NCBI RefSeq assembly: GCF_963921235.1
Contig: NC_086108.1
Coordinates: 97,280,001 to 97,344,000 of the forward strand
Source: Mobula hypostoma
Taxonomy: Eukaryota
Direction of reading: 5' to 3'
Length of the DNA: 64,000 nucleotides
Below are positions 26,335 through 38,848 of this stretch, piece after piece (within the stretch, counting starts at the first letter, position 1; every line of letters begins with the position of its first letter). The position numbers and the translations under genes were made by a program. The notes beneath the pieces are model-generated. The model saw nothing but the letters and a program-made list of their open reading frames with translations, did no database searches and was not told where the DNA came from.

Positions 26335-27565
26335 TTTGCATTTATGTATTACCTTTCACCTTCATTTCAGGTTGACCCAAGGAACTTGGTCTCCAGTGAA
26401 GTACTTTTCAAATGGATAAAATGGAACAGCTAATGGAAAGAAGGTGTTGAATTCTAATCTCTTTAATCCAAGATTCTTTCAGAAGTCAGGAAAGATAGTC
26501 AGCTCATTTTAAACCCATAGATCAGAAATATTTCATTCAAATTTGCGGATAAGAGTCAGCCAGTCAGGAAGCCTCCATTCAAATAACACAGTGCCAAGAG
26601 AAGCTTCCAGAGCTTTCCAGAATCATACGAATGTAACTACTAAGGGGCATACTAAACAGCTGCATATACATACTGTGACCACTAGGGAACATACTAAACA
26701 GCAGATAATTAATTGCAAAGAAACCAACAATTAAATAGTAAAATCTATAATGGGTTCCATTAAAATGGTGACAAGCAAATTAGACGTCAATCGTGATTGA
26801 GGAGTAAATGTGATCTAGACATGAGAAAATAAATGCTCTTGTCTTTTCTGAATTATCTCCATGGATTATAAATATCCACCTGAAGGAGAGAGCAGGGCTC
26901 AGTTTAACAACTGTACAAGAAGCTGCATTTGGGATATTGTACTCAATTTTGGTCTCCCTGCCGGAGGTAAGTTGTCACTAAACTAGAAAGAGTGCAGGGA
27001 AAATTAAGGGTGATGTTGTGAGGACTCGAGGGACTGAGTTACGCAGAGAGGATGAGCAGGTTGGGACTATTTTCATTTTGTAGAAGAATGAGGTGTATCT
27101 AATCATGAGGGACGTAGATTGGGTCAATGCAGGAGTGGGGAATCAAGAACTAGCAGGCAATGGTTTCAGGTGAGAGGGGAGCGACTTATTATGAAACTGA
27201 AGAGCAAGCTTTCCACCTAGACACTGGCCAGGTCTTGGAATGAGCTGCCAGAGGAAATGGTTGAGGCAGGTACATTAACAAGGATGGACATAGATAGGAA
27301 ACATTTAGAGGGGTATGGGCCAAATGTGGTCATATGGGACAAGTTTAGAAGAGAATCTTATTCGTCATGGAGCAGCTGGGCTGAGATGCCTGATCCCATG
27401 CTGTATGACTCTATGGCTCCATCACTCTTTAAAAAGCAGAGCCTCAGAGAGCGTTCCCTGGGCTACACTGGAGTGCCAGCTTTGATCTTTGCACTCTGGA
27501 GTGGGACTTAAGCCCAGAACATTTCTGACTCAGAGGTGAGTGCTATCAGCAGAGCCACAGCTGAC
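26335..27565 (-). mobile_element. Old SacSINE1/Deu-type SINE in three pieces (27430-27565 head, 26750-26920 core, 26335-26410 tail)
   Basis: Minus strand tgtcagctgtggctctgctgatagcactcacctctgagtcagaa..., caggtggatatttataatccatgg, and tail gaaaggtaatacataaatgcaa. Confidence 0.7.
26922..27420 (+). mobile_element. CR1 3' fragment inserted in the Deu-SINE
   Basis: tattgtactcaatttttggtctccc, ctagaaagagtgcag and tggaatgagctgccagagg CR1 motifs. Confidence 0.8.
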
Positions 27566-28032
27566 ACTTGGACATTGCAACACTACATTAGAGTGCTCTC
27601 TATTGATTGTGAGAGCAAGTGTGTGAGGCTGTACACAAGAGGCTAACATCTCAAGAGTCTGGAAAGAAGCCAAGGAGATGACAGGAAAAAAAGCACAGAG
27701 TTAAAAATGAGAAGGAACATGAATCATTGTGTGGAGCGTGCCATTTAGCTAATAGCGGAGGCCAATCAAAATAGGCAATGGGTATGCAATGCCTTTGCCT
27801 GACTGAGTTGATTTAATAATATATTATGAATACTGTGTAAAGGTTAACCAACAAATTATGAGACCACAGACTATCAAAATAGCTGATGAATATTGAAGGT
27901 TTATTCATGCACACATAGAACTAACAGTTGTAAAACACTTGACAGATTCATAAACACTTGGCAGAAGTGCTTATTTTTAACTTCAAAGTTCAAAGTTCAA
28001 ATGTCAAAGTTCAAAGGAAACTTCAGCATTGG

Positions 28033-28410
28033 AAGTAGGCAGCCGTCGATCCCAGGGGATCATGGGTTTGCGCCTCTGGTGGATTGTGTCCTCTCCAGGG
28101 CGCAAGAGGGGGTGGGAAGATTTGAAGAAGTCCAGTGGGCTCCCCCTCTCCACGTCACTGATGTAGTCCAAGGAAAAGGCAAGCGCTGATACAGCTTGGC
28201 ACCAGTGTCGTCGCAGAGATTGCCAGTGTGAAGTTGTAAACAACATCAAACTGCCTTAGGGACTCCAGCTCCAGATTTCTTCCTTGGGGTTTACTTCCGA
28301 AGCCTTTCCCATGGGTGCGTATGGCCTCAAGGCAGTGGTGGTTTAGAATCAGAATTTTCCTTCTCTTAGGCGGGCTGCCGCCCAAGACTGACGAGCCTCA
28401 CCTGCCCGAT
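28033..28410 (-). mobile_element. RTE 5'-leader-derived non-autonomous element
   Basis: Homologous to 48550-48840 (+) and shares cgacgacactggtgccaagctgtat with SINE tail B. Confidence 0.6.
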
Positions 28411-28691
28411 CATTACTGGGAAGGCCAGAATTTCAGGGATGTTACAAGCATGGGTGGAGCATTGGCTGGTCGGCAGAAAACAGACAGTGGGAATAAAAGG
28501 ATCCTATTCTGGCTGGCTGCCAGTTACCAGTCTGATCACTCTTCTCTGACTTCTCGCATTAATGAGGCGTTTTCATCCACAGAACTGCTACGCTGCTACA
28601 CACTGGATGTTTATTTATTTTTCGCACCATACAATGTTGGAAAGTGTATGGTTATGCATTTTGGTGGACGAAGTAAATAGGCAGACTATTA

Positions 28692-29655
28692 GTGAGCATG
28701 CGCTGGTCGTGCATGCAGCCTGTTACAGCCGTTCCGACGAGTATTCTTACTTTTTTCTTCTTACTTCTTTAACTAACGTTAATTTTTGTATTTTTTTTCA
28801 TGGTAACACATTGAAGCTGCACCCTCTCTAACATGCTGGTACAGAGAGTTTTATTTGGGTTTTTAGTGCTGGAAATAGTTACATTCGGACAGGTCTCATT
28901 AGCGGGGCAGCAGTATGGTCGCATTGTGTATTCCAGGGACCAGCTGATTGTGCTTATGCCGGCCGGTTTAGCGAGCAGAGCGGCGGACACCCCTGCTGAA
29001 ATCTGGAGGAAAACGATGCAGAGGGGGATCACAAAGGCGAGGAAAGAGGACAAGTTCGAGACAACAGAGACTTATGGAGAAGAGGAGTTCGGTGGGTAAT
29101 AAAATGGACGAGTTCACGGCGCTAACCAGGCGTCAGAGAACATTTCAGGAGTGCAGTGTTATGTGTTTTACTGAAACGGGGCTGCACGAGGACATACCCG
29201 ATCAAATCTTTTCCATGGACGGCTTTCAGACCGTTTGGGTTGACCGGAAATGCACTGAGAGCGGTGAGCGTAAAAGAGTTGGGTGTTTACTGTTCTGGTT
29301 AACAACGGATGGTGAAATCTGGGTCATATTACGATTGAGAAACGTGTTTATAGACCGGATATTGAACTTATTGCTGTTGGACTCTGGCCATATTCCACCG
29401 AGATACAACATTGGGCGTCACGGAAGATTGTTCCTGCCTGTGGCCATCAAACTTTGCAGCTCCTCCTGTGGAGGGTCAGACACCCTGAGCCAATAGACTG
29501 GTCTTGGACTTATTTCCATCTGGCATAGTTTGCATTTTGTTGTTTGATTGTTTGTGGTTTTTCTATTGCTATATTTATGCTCTATTCTTGGTTGGTGCGG
29601 CTGTAACGAAACCCAATTTCCCTCAGGATCAATAAAGTATATCTATCTATCTATT
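28692..29655 (+). mobile_element. Internally deleted Rex1/Babar element (5'UTR and APE start fused to the 3' end)
   Basis: NKMDEF..CSVMCFTET (APE) joined to RHGRLFLPVAIKL (C-terminus); aataaa plus (tcta)n tail; TSD ctatta. Confidence 0.8.
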
Positions 29656-29803
29656 ACTTAGATGGGGAGCGAATTCAAAATGCAGAGATGCAAAGGGACT
29701 TGGGAGTCCTTGTGCAGGATACCCTAAAGGTTAACCTCCAAGTTGAGTCGGTGAAGAAGAAGGCGAATGCAATGTTGGCATTCATTTCTAGAGCTATAGA
29801 ATA

Positions 29804-30435
29804 TTAGATTATGAGAACACGCAGTCCCCTTTTATCGTCATTTAGTAATGCATGCATTAAGAAATGATACAATGTTTTTTCAGAATATCACAGAAACACA
29901 TGACAAACTGACTTAAAAACTAACAAAAACCACATAATTATAACATATAGTTACAACAGTGCAAACAATACCGTAATTTGATAAGAACAGACCATGGCAC
30001 GGTAAAAGTCTCAAAGTCTTTCGAATGTCCCATCATCTCACACAGATGGTGAACCTCCAGCGCCGCCAACTTGCCGATGCAGCATCCTGGAAGCATCCGA
30101 CCATAGTCCAACTCCGAGTCCGTCCGAAAACTCCGAGCCTCTGACCACCTCTCTGACACCGAGCACCGAGCACCATCTCTGCCGAGCGTTTCAACCCCGG
30201 CCCCGGCAACAGGCAATAGGCAAAGCCGAGGATTTTGGGCCTTTGTCTCCGGAGATTCATGATCGCACAGTAGCAGGGTCAGTGAAGCAGGCATTTCAGA
30301 AGTTACTCCAGGTGTTCCTCCGTGTGTTCTCACGGCTGTCTCCATCAAATCTGGATTGTGCATGGCCCCTAGTTACACATAATTGATATCAATTCAGAAT
30401 GGCTGCGCGTGCTGCATCATACGGCCGCCGTCTTC
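29804..30435 (-). mobile_element. Second copy of the aagatggcg/(aatct)n retroposon
   Basis: Reverse-complement homology to 4455-5058 over its length. Confidence 0.85.
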
Positions 30436-31055
30436 TCCTCCCATTTATAAAAGTAGGGATGTGATGTTGAGACTCTGTAAGGCACTTCTGAGACCACACA
30501 TGGAGTATTGTGTGCAGTTCTGGGTTCCTTATTCTAGAAAGGTTATACTGACATTGGAGAGGGTTCAGAGAAGATTCATGAGAATGATTCCAGGAATGAA
30601 AGGGTTACCTTATGAGGAACGTCTGGCAGCTCTTGGGCTGTATTCCCTGGAGTTCAGGGGAATGAAGGGGGATCTCATAGAAACATTCTGAATGTTAAAA
30701 GGCCTGAACAGATTAGATATGGCAAAGTTATTTCCCATGGTAGGGGAGTCTAGGAGAAGAGGGGATGACTTCAGGATTGAAGGACGTCCATTTAGAACAG
30801 AGATGCGGAGAAATTACTTTAGTCAGAGGGTGGTAAATCTGTGGAATTTGTTGCCACAAGCGGTTGTGGAGGCCAAGTCATTGGGTATATTTAAGGCAGA
30901 GATAGATAGGTTTTTGATTAGCCAGGGCATCAAAGAGTGTGGGGAGAAGGCAAGGGAGTGGAGATGAATTGGATCAGCCCATGATTGAATGGTGGAGTAG
31001 ACTCGATGGGCCGAATGGCCTACTTCTGCTCCTATACCTTATGGTCTTATGATCT

Positions 31056-31305
31056 AAAATGCTGGGGGAACTCAGCAGGCCAGGCAGCATCTATAGAAAT
31101 GAACAAACAGTTGACGTTTCCAGCAGAGATTCTTCTTCAGGACTGAGAAGGAAGGGATAAGATGCCAGAATAAAAAGGTGGGGGAGGAGGGGAAGGAGGC
31201 TAGCTGGAAGGTGATAGGTGAAGCCAGATCGGTGGGAAAAGTCAAGGGCTGGAGAAGAAAGAATCTGATAGGAAATGAGAGTGAACCATAGGAGAAAGGG
31301 AAGGG
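31056..31305 (-). mobile_element. Penelope terminal fragment with degenerate hammerhead
   Basis: Minus strand cagtcCTGAAGAagaatctctgctgGAAAcGTCaact at ~31110-31145. Confidence 0.75.
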
Positions 31306-31717
31306 AAATATTTATTTATTTATTCATTTATATGTGCAGTTTGTCATCTTTTGCACATTGGTTGCAGTCAATCTTTGTTTGAGTGCAGGTTTTCATTGAT
31401 TCTATTGTACTTCTTTACTTTTCCTGTTAATGCCCGCAAGAAAATGAATCTCAAGTTGGTATATACGTACTTTGAAAATAAAATTCATTTGGCTTTTGAG
31501 TCTGTTAAGTATTACAAGGACAAGGAAGATGAAAGGAAGAAGCATGGTGAGACAAAGGGGAAAGAGCAAAGGGAAGAGGAGGCAGTGAAAGAACCCAAGG
31601 AATAGAAAAGTCAAAGGTGGAGTGGTCTTCTTATACCAGACTACTGATAACAGTAAATTTCACTGAAATTCCAACAGGTAACAGTTAGCCAATCAAATCC
31701 CCAAATTCAAGTAACAT

Positions 31718-32057
31718 GACAGTTGTAACACGTGGTTATTTGAGTTACTGTTAGCTTGAACCAGTCTGACCATTCTCCTCTGACCTCTTTTGTCAGCAAG
31801 GTGTTTTCACTGTTGTGGTGAAAATCCCAGGAGAACAGCAGTTTCTGGCATACTCAAATCACCCCATCTGGTGCCAAGACTCATTCCGTGGTCAAAGTCA
31901 CTTAGATCACATTTTTCTTCATTCTGATGTTTGGTCTGAACCTCTTGACCATGTCTGCATGCTTTTATGCATTGAGTTGCTGCCACATGTTCGGCTGATT
32001 AGATATTTGCATTAACAAGCAAGTGTATAGGTGTACCTAATAAAGTGTCCACTGTGT
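31718..32057 (-). mobile_element. Tc1-derived element
   Basis: Reverse complement of the 12283 and 56875 family; TIR gtacctaataaagtgtccactg. Confidence 0.8.
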
Positions 32058-32254
32058 ATAAAATAAGTGATTATATAAAAACAGAAATAAGCGTAGGAAT
32101 GTTAAACAGCCCAATCCAATATTCCCTATCTGTTGTTGACATTATGCCACTAGGTGATGTCAACTCACTGAGTGGTACTTCTGCCGTTATCTTTAGAATT
32201 AAGTTGTAAGTCTCAGCTGAGAGACCAGTCCTGAGGAGTGGGGGTGCTGCAGTA

Positions 32255-32612
32255 TCTTTGGGTGGCAGGGTGGAGATACCTCTCCACCAAAGGAGGTGTA
32301 AGGTGTAGCACCTGATTAACCAACCCCCTCCCCCCCCCCGCCTGATCAGGGTTATATGAAGCCATGGGATCAGGTGGTGGATGGTCGTATGAGCAGCTGA
32401 TGCATAACCCAAGTCCTGGCCGTGCGACCACTGACAACAGACAGACAACGTCTGATAATTGATAATGGCTGGGGTCACCCGTCTAGTAAAGGCACTGCCC
32501 AGAAGAAGGCAATGGCAAACCAATTCTGTGGAAAAATTTGACAAAACTATCATGGTCGTGGAAAGACCACGATCACCCACATTGTACAACATGGCATATA
32601 ATGATGATGATG
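32255..32612 (+). mobile_element. RTE-mobilised short element with Bov-A/Sauria-like tail
   Basis: agaagaaggcaatggcaaacca...gaaaaatttg motif and (gat)n tail; second copy at 42222-42642 (-). Confidence 0.7.
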
Positions 32613-34124
32613 CAGGAGCTGAATTGAAGCACTCAGCTGAGTAAGTCTCTGCTCCTCGAATAGAAATAAAGAATCGGTGGAACATTTCAAAGGGAGGCAG
32701 GGGATGGTTTCTGGGTGCTGTGGCTTTATTTACCTTGGCTTTGATTTCATAGTGACCGCCATTCCTTTTGTTTGCCACTTTAAAGCTACAGGGAGAGAGG
32801 GACAAATTCTGAAGGCTAACGACCAGCGGCACTTTTATTCTCAGCTTTTCCTAGTTTCATATGGGGTTCCTGCTCAATACAACAATTCTCATCCATCTGA
32901 TAAAGTTGCAAAAGTGACACAAATCAAATTTAATTCTGCCGAACAGCAGGTCCATGGAAAGGTTACATGAGCTAGATTGACAGTGAACATACATTCCTTG
33001 AAAAGAAATGAGTAACGTACTTTGACCACAACTTTTGGCAGCATCTGAAGGTCTGGCAAAAAAAAAAATTCTTTCTCATCATAAGTCAAGTTGCCGATGT
33101 AAAAATCCTTACAGGATCTTTGCATTGTATATTAGGCTGCCTGCATGAGAAAGTTGTGGGTCCGTGAATGCAAAGCTTGTCAGAGATATCCTTTTCCCAG
33201 CACGGTGCCTAGCGACATGCTGGTTGTCACTGAGCCCACCTGACATCGCAAAGGGGCTTTGATTGTTGTGAAATCCCTGCACGACTTTAGAAGAGGAAAT
33301 CTATCCTCTCAGCCTCGAACAGGGTTTGTAGAGTAAAAGGTTGTGGGGGTTGGGGGCGAGCACCGGAATTATCTGTGAATTGTGCTTTCCCCTTGCTCTA
33401 GTGCTGAGTAAGTTTAAGAAGAGAATCTGCTACATTAAATATTCTTTTAGCAGGAGACATCTCTTCCTGATCGAGGATGCTTCTGGACAATGTTTTGAAA
33501 GTTTAATTGCTAATATTTAGAACATAGAACTTAGAACATTACAGGCCCTTCGGCCCACAATGTTGTGCTGGCCTTTTAAACTAATTCAAGATCAGTCTAA
33601 CCCTTCTTTCCTACATAACACCCCCAACCATTTTTTCTATTATCTATGTTCCTGTGGAAAAGTTTCTTAAATTCCTCAAATGTATCTGCCTCTACCACTA
33701 CTGTTTCCGCACACCCACCACTCCCTGTGTAAAGAACTAAATTTCTATAAGTTTATTTGATGGTTGGCTAACTATTAAATGTCATCTTCTGCATAAGTGT
33801 GTAAAGATAAATTTTAAGATGACTAAGTCATCCCACAAAACAGATCTCGTCTGTATTGATTAATATTGGTAAATTGGTTTATTCTTGTCATGAGTACCAA
33901 GGTCCCCTCCAACCTTCTTGCTCCTCACCTTAAGCCTATGCCCCATTGTTTTTAGACACCAGTCACGGGGTAAAGTAAATTAAATTGACTAAATTGGTAA
34001 ATTGGCTGATTATTATCACATGCACCAAAGTAGAGTCAAAATCTTGTTTTGCGTACTATCCATATAGATCAACTCGTTACATCAGTGCGCCAAGGTAGTA
34101 TAAGGGAAAACAGCAAGAGAACAG

Positions 34125-34322
34125 GCACCATGGTAGCATCTTGATTAGTGTGACAGTGTTACAGCTCTGGGCGTCAGAGTTTGGAGTTCAATTCTGATGT
34201 CATCTATAAGGAGTTTGTACATTCTCCCCGTGACTGAATGGGTTTCCTCCGGGTGCTCCAGTTTCCTCCCACAGTCCATACTGATTAGCAGGCTAATTAG
34301 TCATTGTAAATTGTCCGGTGAT
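34125..34322 (+). mobile_element. HE1-like V-SINE 5' part; its 3' part resumes at 38849-38955
   Basis: V-domain present; broken at gtccggtgatt, with continuation attaggtcagggttaa at 38848. Confidence 0.8.
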
Positions 34323-34532
34323 TATTATTTCTATTTATATTTTCTCAGCTCAAGCTGGTAAAACCTGAGGTACGGGCATGCTCCTTTGTCAATTGCTAGG
34401 AACTTTTGGACTAATCTAGTGGTGTTTAGTGTTGTGGCTTTCTGAAGACTTACAGAGATATTGATGTGTAACCCCAATTGTTCAATGCCACTGTGTAGCG
34501 ACTTTGGAATGATTCCAGTTGTAGATATTACT

Positions 34533-35890
34533 AAAGTTCAAAGTTCAATATAAAATCTATTATTGGTGTACATACATGTCACCACACACAGCTCTGAGAT
34601 TCTTTTTCTACAGACGTACTTAACAAATTTATAGAACAGCAACTGTAAACTGTAAACATCAGGAACTGATAACTGTAAACAAACTTTGCAAAAAAAGCAG
34701 ATATAAATAAATATCAATAAATAAAAAGCATGAAATTATAATATAATGGTGTCCTTAAATGAGTGTAGCTATCCCCTTTTATTCAAGTCCCTGATGATTG
34801 AGGGGTAGTAACTGTTCTTGAACCTGGTGGTGCGAGTCCTGCGGCCTTCTACCAGCAGTGAGAAAAGAGCATGGTCTGACTGGTGAGGATCTTTGATGAT
34901 GGATGCTGCTTTTGTATGGCAATGTTTCTTGTAGATGTCCTCAATGGCTGAATCCACTACCTTTTGTAGAATTTTCCACTCAAAGACCGTAATGCAACCA
35001 GTCAGCACACTTTCCAACATATACTGTATCTATAAAAAATTGCCAAGGTTTTTGATGACATACTGAACTCCCACAGACTCCGGAGGAGTAGAGGCACTAA
35101 TATTATATTCTTCGCAATAATATTTACATGATGGGTCCAGGTCCTCTGAGATAATGACACCCAGGGATTTAAAGTTACTGACCTTCTCCACCCCTGATCG
35201 TCCAGTAGTTACTGTCTCATGGACCTCTGGCTTCCCTCTCCTGAAGTCTGCGATCAGTTCCTTGGCCTTCTTGAGACTGAGTGAGGGGTTGTTGTTATTA
35301 CACCACTCAGCCAAGTATTCAATCTCTCTCCTGTATGCTGATTCATCACCCGCTTTGATACAGCCCACAGCAGTGGTGTCATCAGCTAGCTTGTAAATGG
35401 TGTTGGAGCTGTACTTAGCCACATAGTCATTGGTGTAAAGCCAGTAGAGCAGGGGACTAAGTACACATTCCTGTGGTGCTCCTGTGAAGATGGAGGTTGT
35501 GGAGGAGATGTTTTTTGCCAATCTGAACTGACTGGGGTCCTGCAAGTGAGGAAATCCAGGATCCAATTGCACAATTGCACAAGCGGGTATTGAGGCCCGG
35601 GTCTTGGAGCTTACTGATTAGTTTTGAGGGGATGATGATGTTAAATGCTGAGCTGTAATCGATAAAGAGCGTCCTGATGTATGCATCTTTGCTGTCCAGA
35701 TGTTCCAGGATGGTGTGAAGAGGTTACATCTGCTGTAGAGCTGTTGCTTCGGTAGGCGAATTGGAGGGGATCCAAGTGACCATTCAGACAGGAGCTGATA
35801 TGCTTCAACACCCGCCTTGCAAAACACTTCACTGTGGATGTAAGTGTCTCTGGGCAATAGTCATTTAGACAGGTTACCATACTCTTCTTA
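34533..35890 (-). mobile_element. Rex1/Babar LINE 3' 1.35 kb inserted in the R4 element
   Basis: [42 protein letters not shown]; (ttgaact)n tail. Confidence 0.9.
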
Positions 35891-37337
35891 GGACAATGTA
35901 TACCCTGTTCATGTTGCCAAGTCTTTCAATTTCTTCTTTTAATACAGCATATTTCTGGTGTTTTTCACTTATTGATTTCTGTAAGTTATGTGTGTTTGGA
36001 ATAGCTATATCTATTAAGTAAGTTGTTCTTGCTTGTTTATCCTATATTATTATATCTGGACTGTTATTATGGATTGCCTTAAGTGTAATAACTGATCGGT
36101 TGTAATATAATTTGTGATATTCTGCCTCTAAGATTAAATCAGGCTTGTATTTTTAGTAAGGTATGATTTCTTTATGAGTTTGTATTTTAAAGCAAGATTT
36201 TGATAAATGATGTTTGCCACTTGATTGTGCCTGTGTAAGTAATCAGATTGAGTTAAACTGCTACAGGATCCTGTGATGTATTGGGTTGTTTCTGTTTTTT
36301 TTCAGCATTTTCTACATATATCATCTTGAATTTGTTAGTCTCTTATTATGTATTTTAATTTTTTTTGTGTTAACCACCTCGTTCTGTATTGCCACAAGGA
36401 TTCCTTCTGTTTCTGGGAAGAGGTCTCCAACTCTGAGACAGGTGTTTGATGCTTCCTTGTTGACATCTAGTCTGCTCAGATTGAGGGGATGTCTTCCATG
36501 GAGGTCATGCTCTTTCATTGGTTAACTTTTTCTTCAATAGTGATAATGTCTTCATTTTTCTGGGTTGTGCTCTCATTTAAGTTTAGTGGTGTGTACTTAT
36601 CAAAATTGCATATGTTTGTGTGGAGTGCTGATTGCTGTTTTCATTGATGAAAGGATATCCTTAGAAGTTTTATCTAACTGTTGTGTAGATTTTTAATGTC
36701 TATTATTCTTCTTCCCCCTTCTATCTGAGGTAGAGTTAATCTAAGTGTGTTTGAATGTACATAATGTTTTCTGAAATTTATCATTCCGGTTCTTAATTTT
36801 CTTTATAAATTTTCCAGATCAGTTTCGAACCAATATTATGCCATTAATGTAGGTATAGTGAAAGTGTTTATTGCCTTTATTATATTTTTACTGTTGAGCT
36901 CTGTCTGGCAGAAAGTCTTGAATTAAATTCTGTCAAAACTTTTCCCTTTATGATCTGTTTTCTTTGCTTGTTGATATCCCAGATACATATGTTTCATATC
37001 CATCCATTGGTTGTATTGTATCTTGCTGTTCTGTTTTGCAATCTGTTAACTCTATTGCACCTGTCTTTATGTTTAATGTTCTGCATTTAAAATTCATTTT
37101 CATATCCTTTCAAAACAGTTCTAATATTTGAATTAATTGCTTTAGCTTAACTAATGAAGAAGCATGTACAGAAATTTCAAAGCATCCATGTACAGAAGGT
37201 GTTCCAAGGTATAATTCATTTGGTTGTTTCTGATTTGATGCCCTATTTTTGTTTGATTCAGTAAATTAGAGAGCGGGTTTAACGTTAGACAGAACCATAG
37301 TAGACTTAGAGAGTCTCTTTGGAAAATGCCACAGTTT

Positions 37338-37598
37338 CTTTTGATAATGCTTTGTATCCCAGAGAGTGGTGAATCTGTGGAATTCTCTGCCCAATGAAAC
37401 AGTAGAGGCTACCTCAGTAAATATGTTTAAGACAAGGTTGGATAGATTTTTACATAGTAGGTGAATTAAAGGTTATGAGAAAAAGACAGGTAGAGGGAGA
37501 TGAGTCCATGGTCACATAAACCATGATCTTATTGAATGGTGGAGCGGGGTCAACGGGCCAGATGGCCGACTCCTGCTCTTATTTTTTATGTTCCTACG
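37338..37598 (+). mobile_element. CR1 3' tip inserted in the R4 element
   Basis: cccagagagtggtgaatctgtggaattctctgccc and a tail ending ttatgttc. Confidence 0.85.
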
Positions 37599-38022
37599 TT
37601 AATGGTGGTTGTTCTTTTCTGTTTGTTTATAGATAGGATGATTACAGTACACCAGTGCTTTATCAGATGTTGCAGGAATTTCTTAATTATTGAGTGTAGC
37701 TTATGTAAAGAATTTCTATTAACCATGAGTATGGGACAGAGTCAACTGCATTTTGGTCGTCAATAGAGCAACATGGACGCTTTCTGCTTTTTTGCTAAGC
37801 TTGACTTAGAATTACGGAATCTATTATCAGTTGTTCCTTACATCCTTTCATACCCTTTCTGCTGTGGTTATATTGTGGTTATCTAACTGAGTGGTGATTA
37901 GTTGTGAGATACATGATGTCACAATTTTATATATAGTGTGTAAACAGGTATTAGGTTTTATCCCACAGTAACATAGATGTACTGGTTAGTAGGTTCATTG
38001 GTCATTGTAAATTGTCCGGTGA

Positions 38023-38590
38023 TTATTATGATTATTTATTTCTTCTCAGCTCAAGCTGGTGAAACATGAGGTACGGACATAGCCAAGCGCACTCATTTAT
38101 CAATTGCTAGGACCTTTTGGACTGTTCTTGTGGTGTTCAGCATTGTGGCTTTCTGAAGATTTACATAGATATTGCTGTGTAGCTCTAATTGCTTAATACT
38201 ATTGTGTAGTGTCTTTGGGTTGATATCAGTTGTAGATATTACCATCATGGAGGGATATTGTGCTATGAACTGTTGGTGAAGTTTGTCCCTCTATCAGTCT
38301 CAAGTTCCATTACTCGGTAGTATATACACATTATGAATGTGTTTACTTCTAATGACCATTTCATGTGTGTCTTTCTTCTCTAAGCTGCTTGAGTGGACTC
38401 AGTTATAGGCGGACTGCTCCCCTGAGAAACACTTGCAGCCGCCGCAGCCTGTGGTGTTGGCGAGCTACTTTGAAGGCTGACTGTATTCTTTCGGGTTTCC
38501 CCAGTGCCTGCCCCCCTGTTTGACAGTGCACCACTAGTGGTTTGCTTACGGTCATGCCCAGTGCTAGCTCCAGGCACACCCTGGCAATAC
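38023..38590 (-). mobile_element. Internally deleted R4/Dong copy (N-terminus fused to the 3' end)
   Basis: Minus strand MKWSLEVNTFIMCIYY..KLHQQFIAQYP (R4 N-terminal Myb-like motif) joined at ~38243 to a 3' end roughly 80% identical to 34323-34531. Confidence 0.75.
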
Positions 38591-38599
38591 TAACAATAT

Positions 38600-38848
38600 T
38601 ATTGAGATACAATGTGGAGTAGGCCCTTCTGGGACTTTGAGCCATGCCATCCAGTAATCCCTTATTTAATCCTAGCTTAATCACAGGACAATTTACAATG
38701 ACCAACCAGGTACTTTTTGGAGCTTGGGAGGAAACTGGAGCACTTGGCGGAAACCCATGTGGTCACATGAAGGCAGTGGCTGGAATTGAACCCAGGTCAC
38801 CTGTACTGTAAAGCATTGTGCTAACCACTATGCTACCATGCCGCCCCA
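38600..38848 (-). mobile_element. HE1-like V-SINE
   Basis: ggacaatttacaatgacc, gggaggaaactggagcac, and a tRNA-like head on the minus strand. Confidence 0.8.

Larger units (their letters stand above)
28420..31052 (+). mobile_element. CR1 LINE 3' part carrying three nested inserts
   Basis: Pieces at 28420-28530, 28633-28691, 29655-29803 and 30445-31052; ORFs LRPHMEYCVQFW and RRNYFSQRVVNLWNLLP; tail cttatggtcttatg. Confidence 0.85.
34323..37955 (-). mobile_element. R4/Dong-clade (RLE) non-LTR retrotransposon, 5'-truncated, with nested Rex1 and CR1
   Basis: LHGRHP..GDLFPETEGILVAIQ, ETTQYITGSC..YLHRHNQVANII, PDII..YLIDIAIP (PD..D nuclease), LQKATTLNTTRLVQKFL; (taa)n tail. Confidence 0.85.

Noticed and set aside
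26638..26702. Short direct repeat acta(a/g)gg..catactaaacagc x2
   Set aside because: A 22-bp local duplication with no further structure.
32071..32832. Longest ORF in the window (253 aa, minus strand)
   Set aside because: It runs antisense across an RTE-type short element and a Deu-SINE relic and has no recognisable domain; a chance ORF.
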